Part shown: positions 1-8,453 of the stretch, in pieces
Position numbering within the stretch: the first letter of the stretch is position 1
How the letters are laid out: each line of letters begins with the position of its first letter
Assembly: GCF_002945325.1 (NCBI RefSeq)
Contig: NZ_CP026606.1
Span: forward strand, 1,110,001-1,142,000
Length of the DNA: 32,000 bases
DNA from: Methanococcus maripaludis
Lineage (GTDB): Archaea > AGJL01 > Methanococci > Methanococcales > Methanococcaceae
Direction of reading: 5' to 3'
Notes under the pieces: model-generated
Seen by the model: only the letters and a program-made list of their open reading frames with translations
The model's database searches: none
What the model was told of the DNA's origin: nothing
Made by a program: the position numbers and the translations under genes

Positions 1-1345
1 TTGCAAGTGAAGCAAAAATTCCGAATAAACAAAGAATGGCAGAAACTTTAAATGATGCAGTTATCCCTTGAAGGAATAGCGGACTGAATTCTGCGGAAAT
101 TGGGTTATTTCCAACATAAAATGCGATCAATACAGTTATTATTGCCATACTGGTCATCTGACCCAAAATCCTTACAGTTGCAAGCATTGCAGAAGCAACT
201 CCTGCAAATTTCCTTTCAACTGAACTCATTATTGCATTCGTGTTTGGGGAGCTAAAAAGTGCAAATCCAAATCCGAGAAGCATTAAATTTAATATTATCT
301 GATAAATACTCGTATCTAACTTAATAAATGAAAATAGCACTAATCCGCTACAGGTAATTCCCATTCCAAGGGATGCTAAAATCCTAGGTTCAATTTTATC
401 GGATAATTTTCCGGTAATTGGTGAAAATATTGCCTGTACAAGGGGCTGTGCTAAAAGGATTATTCCTGCATCTTGGGCAGAAAATCCTCTCAAACTTTGA
501 AGATAAAAACTGATCAAAAATGCCACTGCATAAGTTGCACCGTAATTTAACAGTGCAGCAAGGTTCGACATTGAAAATGCAAGATTTTTCGTAATGAGTT
601 TGATGTTCAGAATTGGATTTTCTGTTTTATGCTCTCTATGGATAAATATAGATCCAAAAAGCAATGACACGAGTATAAAAATAGATCCTCCTGAACTAAA
701 GGTAATAAATCCATATACTAAGAATACAAGTGAAATTATGTATGTAATCGAGCCGAAATAGTCAAATGTTTCGCCTTTTGCGTCACACCACTCGTTTAAA
801 ACGAATTTCTTGGCAATAATGTATGTTAAAATTCCAATAATTCCTGAAAATAAAAATATACTTCTCCATCCAAAATAATGGGTCAAAATTCCTCCGAGGA
901 ATGGCCCTAAACTAAGACCAATGTAAACTGTGGCAATATTAATTCCAAGGGCTTTTCCTCTTTCGTTTAAGGGGTAAAATGAGGTTAATATTGCAATAGC
1001 AGTTCCAAATATCATGGCACTACCTATTCCTTGAAGTATCCGAAGTAAAATCAAATGAGTGATTGATCCGGAAAATATCCCCATTAACGAGGATAATCCA
1101 AAAATTAACAGTCCATTTAATAAAATTCGTTTCCTACCAATAATATCTGCAATTCTTCCAAAGGGGAGTAAAAGTGCAGAACTTGCAAGTAGGAATGAAG
1201 TTACAAGCCAGCTTAAAAGGATAGTATCGGCTGAAAATTCTGTTCCAATACTTGGAAGAGCAAGATTCAATGCAGTGCTCATAAAAGGAGTTAAAAATGA
1301 TGATATCGCGGCAACAACTGCCACAATGGATTTTTCATTTTTCAT
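1..1345 (-). CDS. MFS transporter (DHA2/EmrB-QacA-like), truncated by the window edge (C-terminus missing)
   Basis: Hand translation of the minus strand from ATG at 1345-1343 gives MKNEKSIVAVVAAISSFLTPFMSTALNLALPSIGTEFSADTILLSWLVTSFLLASSALLLPFGRIADIIGRKRILLNGLLIFGLSSLM. It contains the MFS motif-A-like GRIADIIGRKR. The frame appears open to position 1, and its absence from the ORF track is consistent with no in-window stop. The listed + ORF 1059..1349 is its antisense shadow. Confidence 0.85.
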   Translation of the reverse strand, partial: MKNEKSIVAVVAAISSFLTPFMSTALNLALPSIGTEFSADTILLSWLVTSFLLASSALLLPFGRIADIIGRKRILLNGLLIFGLSSLMGIFSGSITHLILLRILQGIGSAMIFGTAIAILTSFYPLNERGKALGINIATVYIGLSLGPFLGGILTHYFGWRSIFLFSGIIGILTYIIAKKFVLNEWCDAKGETFDYFGSITYIISLVFLVYGFITFSSGGSIFILVSLLFGSIFIHREHKTENPILNIKLITKNLAFSMSNLAALLNYGATYAVAFLISFYLQSLRGFSAQDAGIILLAQPLVQAIFSPITGKLSDKIEPRILASLGMGITCSGLVLFSFIKLDTSIYQIILNLMLLGFGFALFSSPNTNAIMSSVERKFAGVASAMLATVRILGQMTSMAIITVLIAFYVGNNPISAEFSPLFLQGITASFKVSAILCLFGIFASLA

Positions 1346-1419
1346 GTGAATCGCCAAATATATATTGTCCTAATTCTATAATCTATTTAAGCAAATAAAA
1401 AAACTTATCGGGTGAATTT

Positions 1420-1662
1420 ATGGTAAAAATTGAAGTATTTACATCACCAATGTGTCCACACTGTCCAGCAGCTAAAAGAATAGTTGATGAAGTTGCAAAA
1501 GAGATTGAGGGAATTGAAGTTGTACATATCAATGTAATGGAACACCCTGAAAAGGCTGCTGAACTTGGAATCATGGCAGTTCCTACCGTTGCAATAAACG
1601 GGGAAGTTAAGTTTGTTGGAGCCCCAACAAAAGATGCATTAATTGCAGAACTTAAAAAATAA
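1420..1662 (+). CDS. Small thioredoxin/glutaredoxin-like redox protein (CPHC active site)
   Basis: 80 aa with an N-terminal SPMCPHCPAAK motif and a later AVPT (cis-Pro) motif, typical of the short methanogen thioredoxins. GGGTG lies 5 nt upstream of the ATG. Confidence 0.9.
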   Translation: MVKIEVFTSPMCPHCPAAKRIVDEVAKEIEGIEVVHINVMEHPEKAAELGIMAVPTVAINGEVKFVGAPTKDALIAELKK

Positions 1663-1775
1663 CTCATTTTATATTTTATTTAATATTAATTCACTTTTAA
1701 AAATCAGGAAGGATTGAAAACACATAAAGAATGGTTGTGTACAATAATGACATATCTACAAATTATGGTGTAATC

Positions 1776-2591
1776 ATGATAAAAGAGATAAACGTAAAAT
1801 CACTCAGAAGTCCCGCAATGCTCGTTGAAAAAGTAATCGAGAACACGAAAGGCGGAATTTTGTTGATCGAAACCGATGGGGATTCCCAAATCAAAGAAAT
1901 TTCCGAATTAATTAAAAAAATGGGTTATAAAATGGAAGTTGACGGAACAAACGTTAAAGTAAGCATTGGAGAAATTGAAGCTACAAAATCCATAAATGTT
2001 GTTGGTGCAAGCTGTCCTGGACCAATTTTAATGGTTGGTGAAGTTTTAGAACGGATGGCTGTTGGGGAAATACTCGAAATTGTTGCAGGAGCAAATGCAT
2101 TCACCGATCTTACTGAAGGACTGAAAAGCATGGGAAATGACATACTTTCAGCAGAAAAGACGGATGATGGAAATTACAAGATTTTAATTAAAAAAGAAGA
2201 AAAGAAAAAAGAACTTGGGGTTTCAGTTGATATCGATGAGGTATTTATTATCAACATGACTGGAACAGGAAATGCAGAAAAAGCATACGCAACGTTCATG
2301 ATGACGGAAGTTGCCCAGAATATGAAATTAAAGCCAACTATCTTTTTAATGTTTGACGGGGCAAGTCTTGCATTGAAAGGAGAATGTGACAAGGTAAAAC
2401 ACCCTGCATTCCCAAAACTTGGCGATAAATTACGGGCCGCGTTAAAATCAGGAGTTAAAATTTACGTATGCGAAATGAGCTCCGAATTCAGGGGCGTTGA
2501 TAAAAAACTTGAAGATGGAATCGAAATTGCAGGAGCACCTACATTCTTTAGATTTCTTTCAAAACCAAATGCAAGGCCAGTATGGTTATAA
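1776..2591 (+). CDS. Fusion protein: degenerate TusA-like domain, canonical TusA/SirA domain (CPGP), and DsrE/TusD-like domain
   Basis: Domain 1 has SLRSPAML (Cys replaced by Ser). Domain 2 has VVGASCPGPILMV (CPxP sulfur-carrier motif). The C-terminal domain has the DsrE/TusD-like pattern FLMFDGASL...GVKIYVCEMSSEFRGV. I prefer the ATG at 1776 (GGTG 6 nt upstream) over the track start at 1731, which has no SD. 1731 remains possible if the mRNA has a very short leader. Confidence 0.75.
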   Translation: MIKEINVKSLRSPAMLVEKVIENTKGGILLIETDGDSQIKEISELIKKMGYKMEVDGTNVKVSIGEIEATKSINVVGASCPGPILMVGEVLERMAVGEILEIVAGANAFTDLTEGLKSMGNDILSAEKTDDGNYKILIKKEEKKKELGVSVDIDEVFIINMTGTGNAEKAYATFMMTEVAQNMKLKPTIFLMFDGASLALKGECDKVKHPAFPKLGDKLRAALKSGVKIYVCEMSSEFRGVDKKLEDGIEIAGAPTFFRFLSKPNARPVWL

Positions 2592-2604
2592 TTAAGGTGA
2601 AAAT

Positions 2605-2934
2605 ATGTCAAATGAAATAATGCTTGTATCTTTAGCTTTAATTTTTGGTTCAATGCTTTCTGGATTTGCAACATTTAGAATGAGCGGAATGAGATTAATG
2701 CCTCACTTTATAGCTTTAATTTTGGCATTTATACTCACTATTGGAACGTTCTTAACTTCAAATACGATAGTATTTTACTTGGCAATCTTATTCCAGATTT
2801 TAGCGCCAATAACCGTTTGCGGAACCATTTGTAACATTATAAAGACCCAGTACCAAACTACGGGAATATATTCGTCCCACCTCGCATTAATGGGCATGAT
2901 GATCGTACTTGCAATTGGAAACTTATTAATGTAA
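2605..2934 (+). CDS. Small integral membrane protein (about 4 TM segments), unknown function
   Basis: 109 aa with four hydrophobic stretches and a CGTIC (CxxxC) pair in the third. AGGTG lies 6 nt upstream of the ATG. The gene starts 13 nt after the TusA-DsrE stop, suggesting co-transcription. Confidence 0.6.
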   Translation: MSNEIMLVSLALIFGSMLSGFATFRMSGMRLMPHFIALILAFILTIGTFLTSNTIVFYLAILFQILAPITVCGTICNIIKTQYQTTGIYSSHLALMGMMIVLAIGNLLM

Positions 2935-2965
2935 TTTGCAGTACATTTTATATTTTAAAATAACT

Positions 2966-2988
2966 CTCTAAATTTTATTTTTTTAGAG
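2966..2988. terminator. Stem-loop plus T-run between convergent genes
   Basis: CTCTAAA (2966-2972) and TTTAGAG (2982-2988) are perfect 7-nt inverted arms around TTTTATTT, embedded in a T7 run. The site lies between the ends of the 2605..2934 (+) and 3051..3773 (-) genes. Archaeal termination at oligo-T is established; function here is inferred. Confidence 0.3.
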
Positions 2989-3050
2989 TTTCAAAAAAGA
3001 AAAAAATTAAAAGATCAGTAGTGCCTGATAATTGGCCTGTTTTAAAATAA

Positions 3051-3773
3051 TCACTGGTTAAAATAACCTTCTTGTTCAAGTTCGAGGATTATATCATTAA
3101 TTTTTGATTTAAGTTCTTTATTGTTTTTATTAACTGCAATTCCTGAGTAAATGGTTGCAATTGGTTCATTTAAACATTTTATGCCTGAATTTTGAACAGT
3201 ATCAAAGTTATTTTTTTCGCTTATTATTGCATCGACATTTCCGCTCTCTAATGCATCATATAATTCATCATGGGTGGCATATCTGCAAACTTGAAAATCA
3301 ATGCTTTTTAAAAGTTCAGATGATTTATCATCATCGATAGTTCCTGCTGTTACACCAACTTTCTGTCCTACGATATCTGTTAATTTTTCAATGTCGCTGT
3401 CTTTAGGTATCACAAGAATTATGTCAGTTTTTGAATAGGCCCTGCTAAACGAAACGATTTTTTCTCTTTCAGGAGTTACTGCAAGATCAGATATTGCGCA
3501 GTCAACTTCATTATTTGCCACAGCATTTAAAAGATCGGAAAACCTGTATTCTTTGTATTCCACTTTCAAATCCATTCTTTTTGCAATTTCTGAAATTAAA
3601 TCAACTTCATAACCTTTTAATTCGCCATTTTCTTCGTAAACTGCTGGTGGTACGTATTTAAACACTCCTACAGTCAATACTCCCTCTTTCAATGTAGTTG
3701 GATTAGAATCAGATGAAATACATGCGCACGAGGTTATTACCAAAAGGACTGAAAATATGACCATTTTTTTCAT
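3051..3773 (-). CDS. Family-3 (amino-acid type) ABC solute-binding protein, probable lipoprotein
   Basis: Signal-like MKKMVIFSVLLVITSCAC is followed by SBP_bac_3-like segments (GYEVDLISEIAKRMDLKVEYKEY, AISDLAVTPEREK, IAVNKNNKELK). I prefer the ATG at 3773 over the TTG at 3797 given in the track. Confidence 0.85.
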   Translation of the reverse strand: MKKMVIFSVLLVITSCACISSDSNPTTLKEGVLTVGVFKYVPPAVYEENGELKGYEVDLISEIAKRMDLKVEYKEYRFSDLLNAVANNEVDCAISDLAVTPEREKIVSFSRAYSKTDIILVIPKDSDIEKLTDIVGQKVGVTAGTIDDDKSSELLKSIDFQVCRYATHDELYDALESGNVDAIISEKNNFDTVQNSGIKCLNEPIATIYSGIAVNKNNKELKSKINDIILELEQEGYFNQ

Positions 3774-3934
3774 GAGCTTCCCCTTAGAAATTATCAAAAT
3801 ACAAAAAGATTAAAATTAACATTATAGATGCCATTTAATAAATATTTAGGGGACAATATTTTATTTTTATATTGTGACCGGTAATTTAGATATTGGTTTT
3901 GGAAAAATGGTTATTGAAATTTGGTGAAATTTTA

Positions 3935-4483
3935 ATGTTAATAAAAACTTTACAAAAAACGGATATTGATTTATTTTATTTAGTAAATTCGGGAGTTACA
4001 AACCCCTTTTTTGATTTTTTGACTATTTTTATAAGTGACACAGTATACATTTCGATTTTGTTGATTTCTTATCTTTCATTTAAAAATGATAAAAAAGTGT
4101 TAATCCAAGTTTTATTTGCAATGTTTCTTTTATCCATTCTAGTATTTGCTGTAAAATATGGAGTAAGCGAGCCAAGACCTTACGAAATGATTGAAGGAGT
4201 AATTCTTTTAAAAAATATGGGAACACAGCCATCATTCCCAAGCGGGCATACAACGCTTGCATTTGGATTTTGGATAATTTTTACAAGAAATATTAAAAAT
4301 TCAAAAATAATAAGTTCAAAAAAAGCATTTGAAATAATGTTAATGCTTTTATGGGCATTTTTAGTTGCATTTAGCAGGGTTTACGTTGGAGTGCATTATC
4401 CACACGACGTGCTTGGAGGAATGGTTCTTGGAATAATATTTGGCTATATTTTTGTTAGGTTTTCAGAAAAAATTATTAAATAA
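3935..4483 (+). CDS. PAP2-family membrane phosphatase (phosphatidic acid / polyprenyl-diphosphate phosphatase type)
   Basis: All three PAP2 motifs are present: K-x6-RP (KYGVSEPRP), PSGH (FPSGHTT) and SR-x5-H-x3-D (SRVYVGVHYPHD). I prefer the ATG at 3935 (GGTG 8 nt upstream) over the TTG at 3893. Confidence 0.85.
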   Translation: MLIKTLQKTDIDLFYLVNSGVTNPFFDFLTIFISDTVYISILLISYLSFKNDKKVLIQVLFAMFLLSILVFAVKYGVSEPRPYEMIEGVILLKNMGTQPSFPSGHTTLAFGFWIIFTRNIKNSKIISSKKAFEIMLMLLWAFLVAFSRVYVGVHYPHDVLGGMVLGIIFGYIFVRFSEKIIK

Positions 4484-4485
4484 GT

Positions 4486-6135
4486 TTATTGGTTCATAAA
4501 CTTTGAATTACTTCTTTCAATAAATTTTTCGCAGATTTCTTCTGGATTTCCATCCATTAAGAGTTTTCCTTCATCAATTAATATTGCACGGTCACTTATC
4601 TCTTTTATTAACTCAACGTGGTGGCTTATTAGTATAATCGTGGTTCCAACGGTATCATTTATCTTTTTGAGATAATTTGAGACTTCTCTGAGTGTTAAAG
4701 GGTCGAGATCTCCAAATGGCTCATCTAACAATAATATATCTGGTTCTAATGCCAACTGGAGCGCCATTGCAACTCTTACTTTTTCCCCACCACTTAATTC
4801 TGTTGGTTTTTTGTTTAAAGTTTCTTTATTTAAGTCTAGTGCATCTAAAAGGTCATTAGCATCGTATTCAACTTGTTTTGCCGGGAAAAGCTGTCTTACA
4901 ACCATTTCAGAAATTCCGATTTTATCAAGCTTGTTTCTCATTTCAGTTTCTGGAAGGTCTAAAAGCTGGTAGAGCCCATCAACCATTTTTGGAGAAATTC
5001 CAAGTTCAGCAGCTTTTAATTTTGCACTTTCAACGGTTTCAATACTTTTTACACCGAGTCTATATTTTAAAAGTTCATTTACTGTTAAGTAATGTGCAAG
5101 GGAAAATTCTTGGTGCATAATTCCGATTTTTCGTCGTAAATTCATCCGATTCCATCCGAAATCTTTTAAATCGATTCCTTCGAGTTTAACTACTCCTTTG
5201 TCAGGTGCTTCAAGTCCTGCAAGAAGTCTGAGAATTACGGATTTTCCGGTTCCACTTGGGCCGAGGATTGATAAAATCTCTTTTTCTTTAACTTCAAAAG
5301 AAATATCTTTTAAATTGAGTGTTTCTCCGCCGTTTACAACATAATATCTTTTAGACGCATCTTCAACTTCTACAATTGTTTTTTCAGTTGGTTTAGACGT
5401 TCTATCATACGTTTCAACCATATCTTTTAAAAATTCGTCAACTACGTTTTGCGGAGTATCCCTCATTACTATTTTTCCGTTTTCAATTAAAATGCAGGAT
5501 TTACATAAGTATTTATGAATTTCTGGAAGGTGTGAAGTTACAATTATCGTAACGCCCAATTTTTCGTTTATATTTTTTAAAACATCTAAAAGAATCTGTT
5601 TTGAAGCAGGGCATGCCATTGTTGCAGGTTCATCAAGTAAAAGTACTCCGTCACCGCCTTTTGCGTAAATTTTTGCAAGTTGCCGTCCTAAAATTAGTCT
5701 TTGTTTTTCCCCGCCACTTAAAATATTTGAGTAAGCATCTTTTTTATGTTCTAATCCGACTAATTTTAAAATTTCCGTAGCATCTTTCCTATATTCTTCC
5801 ATTTCTTCTTCTAAAGGGAGTCCTTCGTCTGAATCAGTTCTAACTGCGTAGAGTTTTCTGATAATATTATATATTGCAGGTTCTGCCCACAAAGCAAAAT
5901 TTCTCTGAAGGTGAATTGCAGTAATTTCTCTTAAATTTTCAGTTTTTCCACAAACTTCGATTTTTCCTTCGTCAAAACTTTCAACTCCTCGAAGTATCTT
6001 TATCAGTGTTGTTTTTCCAGCACCTGATTTTCCGATAATGCCCAATATATCTCCTTTTTTAACGTCAAAACTAACGTTATCAAGAGCAACCTTTTCTCCA
6101 TACCGTTTTGTTAAATTCTCGACTGTTACGGCCAT
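4486..6135 (-). CDS. atwA: Soluble two-domain ABC ATPase, most like methyl-coenzyme M reductase activation component A2 (AtwA)
   Basis: Two complete ABC cassettes: Walker A GKSGAGKT and GPSGTGKS; signatures LSGGEKQR and LSGGEKVR; Walker B LLLDEP twice. No permease gene is adjacent. The architecture and methanogen context match my recollection of the A2 family. The ABC-ATPase call is secure; the AtwA assignment is inference. Start taken at the ATG at 6135 (GGTG 6 nt upstream). Confidence 0.6.
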   Translation of the reverse strand: MAVTVENLTKRYGEKVALDNVSFDVKKGDILGIIGKSGAGKTTLIKILRGVESFDEGKIEVCGKTENLREITAIHLQRNFALWAEPAIYNIIRKLYAVRTDSDEGLPLEEEMEEYRKDATEILKLVGLEHKKDAYSNILSGGEKQRLILGRQLAKIYAKGGDGVLLLDEPATMACPASKQILLDVLKNINEKLGVTIIVTSHLPEIHKYLCKSCILIENGKIVMRDTPQNVVDEFLKDMVETYDRTSKPTEKTIVEVEDASKRYYVVNGGETLNLKDISFEVKEKEILSILGPSGTGKSVILRLLAGLEAPDKGVVKLEGIDLKDFGWNRMNLRRKIGIMHQEFSLAHYLTVNELLKYRLGVKSIETVESAKLKAAELGISPKMVDGLYQLLDLPETEMRNKLDKIGISEMVVRQLFPAKQVEYDANDLLDALDLNKETLNKKPTELSGGEKVRVAMALQLALEPDILLLDEPFGDLDPLTLREVSNYLKKINDTVGTTIILISHHVELIKEISDRAILIDEGKLLMDGNPEEICEKFIERSNSKFMNQ

Positions 6136-6177
6136 AATTTCACCAAAATTATCATGAACATAAATGTACCATAATCT

Positions 6178-6187
6178 ATATATATTT
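6178..6187 (-). promoter_or_regulatory. Candidate TATA box for the atwA-like gene
   Basis: The minus strand reads AAATATATAT, 43-52 nt upstream of the ATG at 6135. This spacing is compatible with an archaeal TATA box plus a short SD-containing leader. Confidence 0.35.
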
Positions 6188-6204
6188 AGTTTTTTAAAGG
6201 TATT

Positions 6205-6224
6205 TATCATTATAATTAATGATA
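6205..6224. promoter_or_regulatory. Perfect 8-4-8 inverted repeat in the atwA/ehb divergent intergenic region
   Basis: TATCATTA-TAAT-TAATGATA, read directly from the sequence. It lies between the candidate TATA boxes of the two divergent transcription units. Confidence 0.3.
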
Positions 6225-6287
6225 GATTAAGAGGATTTTTAAATTTAGCATTTTAAATCGAGTTTTTTGGTCCCTAACGGTGGTAAT

Positions 6288-6644
6288 ATGGATTTACAAC
6301 TTGCTTCCTTTATAACTGCAGGTATTTTAATTGTTATTGGGTTATATGGGACTTTCTTTGTTGACAATGTTCTGAAAAAAATTATCGCACTTTCTGCGCT
6401 TGGAAATGGCGTAAATTTGACACTGATTGCAATAGGATACACTGGCGGAATAGTTCCTATTAAAGCACCAGAAATGGAATTTGCACTGTTTTCAACTCTT
6501 GCAAGCTATCCACTTCCACAAGCGCTTGTTCTTACAAATATCGTTATTGAGGCCTCAATGCTTGCGATAATGCTCGGACTTTCAATAGTGTTCTACAAAA
6601 AATACAAAACATTAAAATCTTCAGAAATATTGAAAGAAGATTAA
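6288..6644 (+). CDS. ehbE: Ehb membrane subunit, MnhC/NuoK-like
   Basis: Three-TM protein with an MnhC/NuoK-like pattern (GLYGTFFVDNVLKKIIALSALGNGVNLTLIAIGY). It is the first gene of the hydrogenase cluster. ATG at 6288 with GGTGG 5 nt upstream. The letter name is assigned by order from my recollection of the M. maripaludis ehb cluster. Confidence 0.7.
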   Translation: MDLQLASFITAGILIVIGLYGTFFVDNVLKKIIALSALGNGVNLTLIAIGYTGGIVPIKAPEMEFALFSTLASYPLPQALVLTNIVIEASMLAIMLGLSIVFYKKYKTLKSSEILKED

Positions 6645-6669
6645 CGATTTAATTCAAACGGTGAGCTCA

Positions 6670-8118
6670 ATGAACTTACTTCCCCTGATTGTAGTTTTTC
6701 CTATGTTCGTGGCCATCATATTCAATTATCTTAACGGGAAAGATAAACTAATCAGGCCAATGACACTTATTATGGCTATTCTATTGTTAGCACTTCCATT
6801 TATTGGATCGTATGGAATTTATAACTTCGGAGCCCACGGTTTAGAAAATGGGCTTATTTCAGGAATATCTTACTTTTATACTCCAGTGAAACAGCTTATT
6901 ATCACCGTTATAATGTTAATCGGATCTTTAGTGTTGATAACCGGACTCGGAGAAAAAAAGTCAAGCGGTCTTTTTGTAGCTTTAATGTTAATGGGGTTAG
7001 CGAGTGTTTCAGCAGTAGTTATGGCAGATGACCTCTTTAATATCTATGTATTTTACGAAATAGCTGCAATTGCACAAACTGGACTTGTTATCGCATCAGG
7101 TACCGAAAAAGCGTATAGATCTGCTTTTAGATATTTAATACTTGGTAATTTTGCAGGTTCAATTCTTTTACTTGGGGTTTCAATGCTTTTGGCGGCAACT
7201 GGAACTTTAAATATCACAGATATGCACAATTTCCTTTTAAACAATCCAGCAACTCCAACGATATATGGTGGGCTTTTAATGCTTATTATCGGGCTCTGTT
7301 ACGGTAGCGGTCTTCCACCGTTCCACACGGTAAAAGCAGATATTTACGCAAGAGCAAAACCTTATATTGCTGCAATGCTCCAGACATACTCAAAATTCGT
7401 ACTGGTTGCATTATTGCTTGTAATTTTCAAGTTATTTGGTGGACTTTCTTATTTTGCAAGTGCACACGGAGTTTTAATCGGACTTTCCGTTTTAGGGATG
7501 GTTTTCGGAGTTGTAATGGCGCTTTTACAAACTGACTATAAAAAACTGCTTGCATACCACGCGATAAGTCAGGGTGGCTATGTTGCAGCAGGGATTGCAC
7601 TTGGAACTCCGTTAGGAATTGTTGCAGGAATATTTCACGCAATAAACCACGTCATCTATAAAAGCGCGCTGTTTTTAGGTGCCCACATAGTTGAAAGAAG
7701 AAATGCAGGAAATTTAAACAAACTTGGTGGTCTTCTTCCAGTAATTCCAGCAACTGCATTCATGGTTTTATGCGCAAAACTTGCAATCAGCGGTGTACCT
7801 CCATTCAACGGATTCCAGAGTAAATTATTGTTAGCAGAAGCTGCAATGAATGTAAATATGCCTGAACTTGCAATAATTATGATTCTTGTGAGTATCGGAA
7901 CGTTTGTATCAATGATGAAGGCATTTTACTTAATTTACTTAAAGCCTTGCAGTCAGGAACAGCTTGAAGAATACAAAAAAGCAAAACCTTCAAAATACGC
8001 GGTATTTTCACTTGCGGTTTTAACATTTTTGTGCATACTTTTAGGTATATTCCCAAACCTTGCAACAGACATAATTTATCCATTTGCAAACGAAATTGGA
8101 AGGGTATGGACTTTATAG
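6670..8118 (+). CDS. ehbF: Ehb membrane subunit, NuoL/M/N- and MnhD-like proton/sodium-translocating subunit
   Basis: About 480 aa and polytopic, with antiporter-like segments (YVFYEIAAIAQTGLV, LLAYHAISQGGYV, HAINHVIYKSALFLGA). ATG at 6670 with GGTG 6 nt upstream. Confidence 0.85.
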   Translation: MNLLPLIVVFPMFVAIIFNYLNGKDKLIRPMTLIMAILLLALPFIGSYGIYNFGAHGLENGLISGISYFYTPVKQLIITVIMLIGSLVLITGLGEKKSSGLFVALMLMGLASVSAVVMADDLFNIYVFYEIAAIAQTGLVIASGTEKAYRSAFRYLILGNFAGSILLLGVSMLLAATGTLNITDMHNFLLNNPATPTIYGGLLMLIIGLCYGSGLPPFHTVKADIYARAKPYIAAMLQTYSKFVLVALLLVIFKLFGGLSYFASAHGVLIGLSVLGMVFGVVMALLQTDYKKLLAYHAISQGGYVAAGIALGTPLGIVAGIFHAINHVIYKSALFLGAHIVERRNAGNLNKLGGLLPVIPATAFMVLCAKLAISGVPPFNGFQSKLLLAEAAMNVNMPELAIIMILVSIGTFVSMMKAFYLIYLKPCSQEQLEEYKKAKPSKYAVFSLAVLTFLCILLGIFPNLATDIIYPFANEIGRVWTL

Positions 8119-8135
8119 TCTAATTTGGTGATAAA

Positions 8136-8444
8136 ATGACTTACGGCGATTTCAAAAAAGAAATGGACGAACAAAACCACGGAGACGGAATTTCTGTTGG
8201 TGCAGTTTTAACAGCTGAATTTACGCTTTACGGATTTTTAATCCTGTCTTTATTTTTAATTTTTAGGGTATATGGAAATCTTTTGATGGTGCTGATTGGA
8301 CTCTCAGTAATCGGTTTAGCGTACTCCTGGATGCCATTAATATTCAAATTTCAAAAAGAAAATTCAAACGATGTAAATAACCAGCTTTTCTGGCTTTCGA
8401 TGTTTTCAGGAATTCTGACGATGGTTATTTACTTTGCCAGATAA
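8136..8444 (+). CDS. ehbG: Ehb small membrane subunit
   Basis: 102 aa with 3 hydrophobic segments. GGTG SD. Tightly packed within the cluster. Confidence 0.6.
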   Translation: MTYGDFKKEMDEQNHGDGISVGAVLTAEFTLYGFLILSLFLIFRVYGNLLMVLIGLSVIGLAYSWMPLIFKFQKENSNDVNNQLFWLSMFSGILTMVIYFAR

Positions 8445-8453
8445 GGTGGTAAA

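Noticed and set aside
1059-1349. 96-aa plus-strand ORF from the track
   Set aside because: It lies entirely antisense to a minus-strand frame that I translated by hand into a clear MFS transporter N-terminus with motif A. The plus-strand product has no recognisable features, so it is a shadow ORF.
1383-1667. 94-aa minus-strand ORF overlapping the thioredoxin gene
   Set aside because: It is antisense to a well-supported CPHC thioredoxin. Its S/T/I/A-rich, low-information composition is typical of antisense frames in AT-rich coding DNA.
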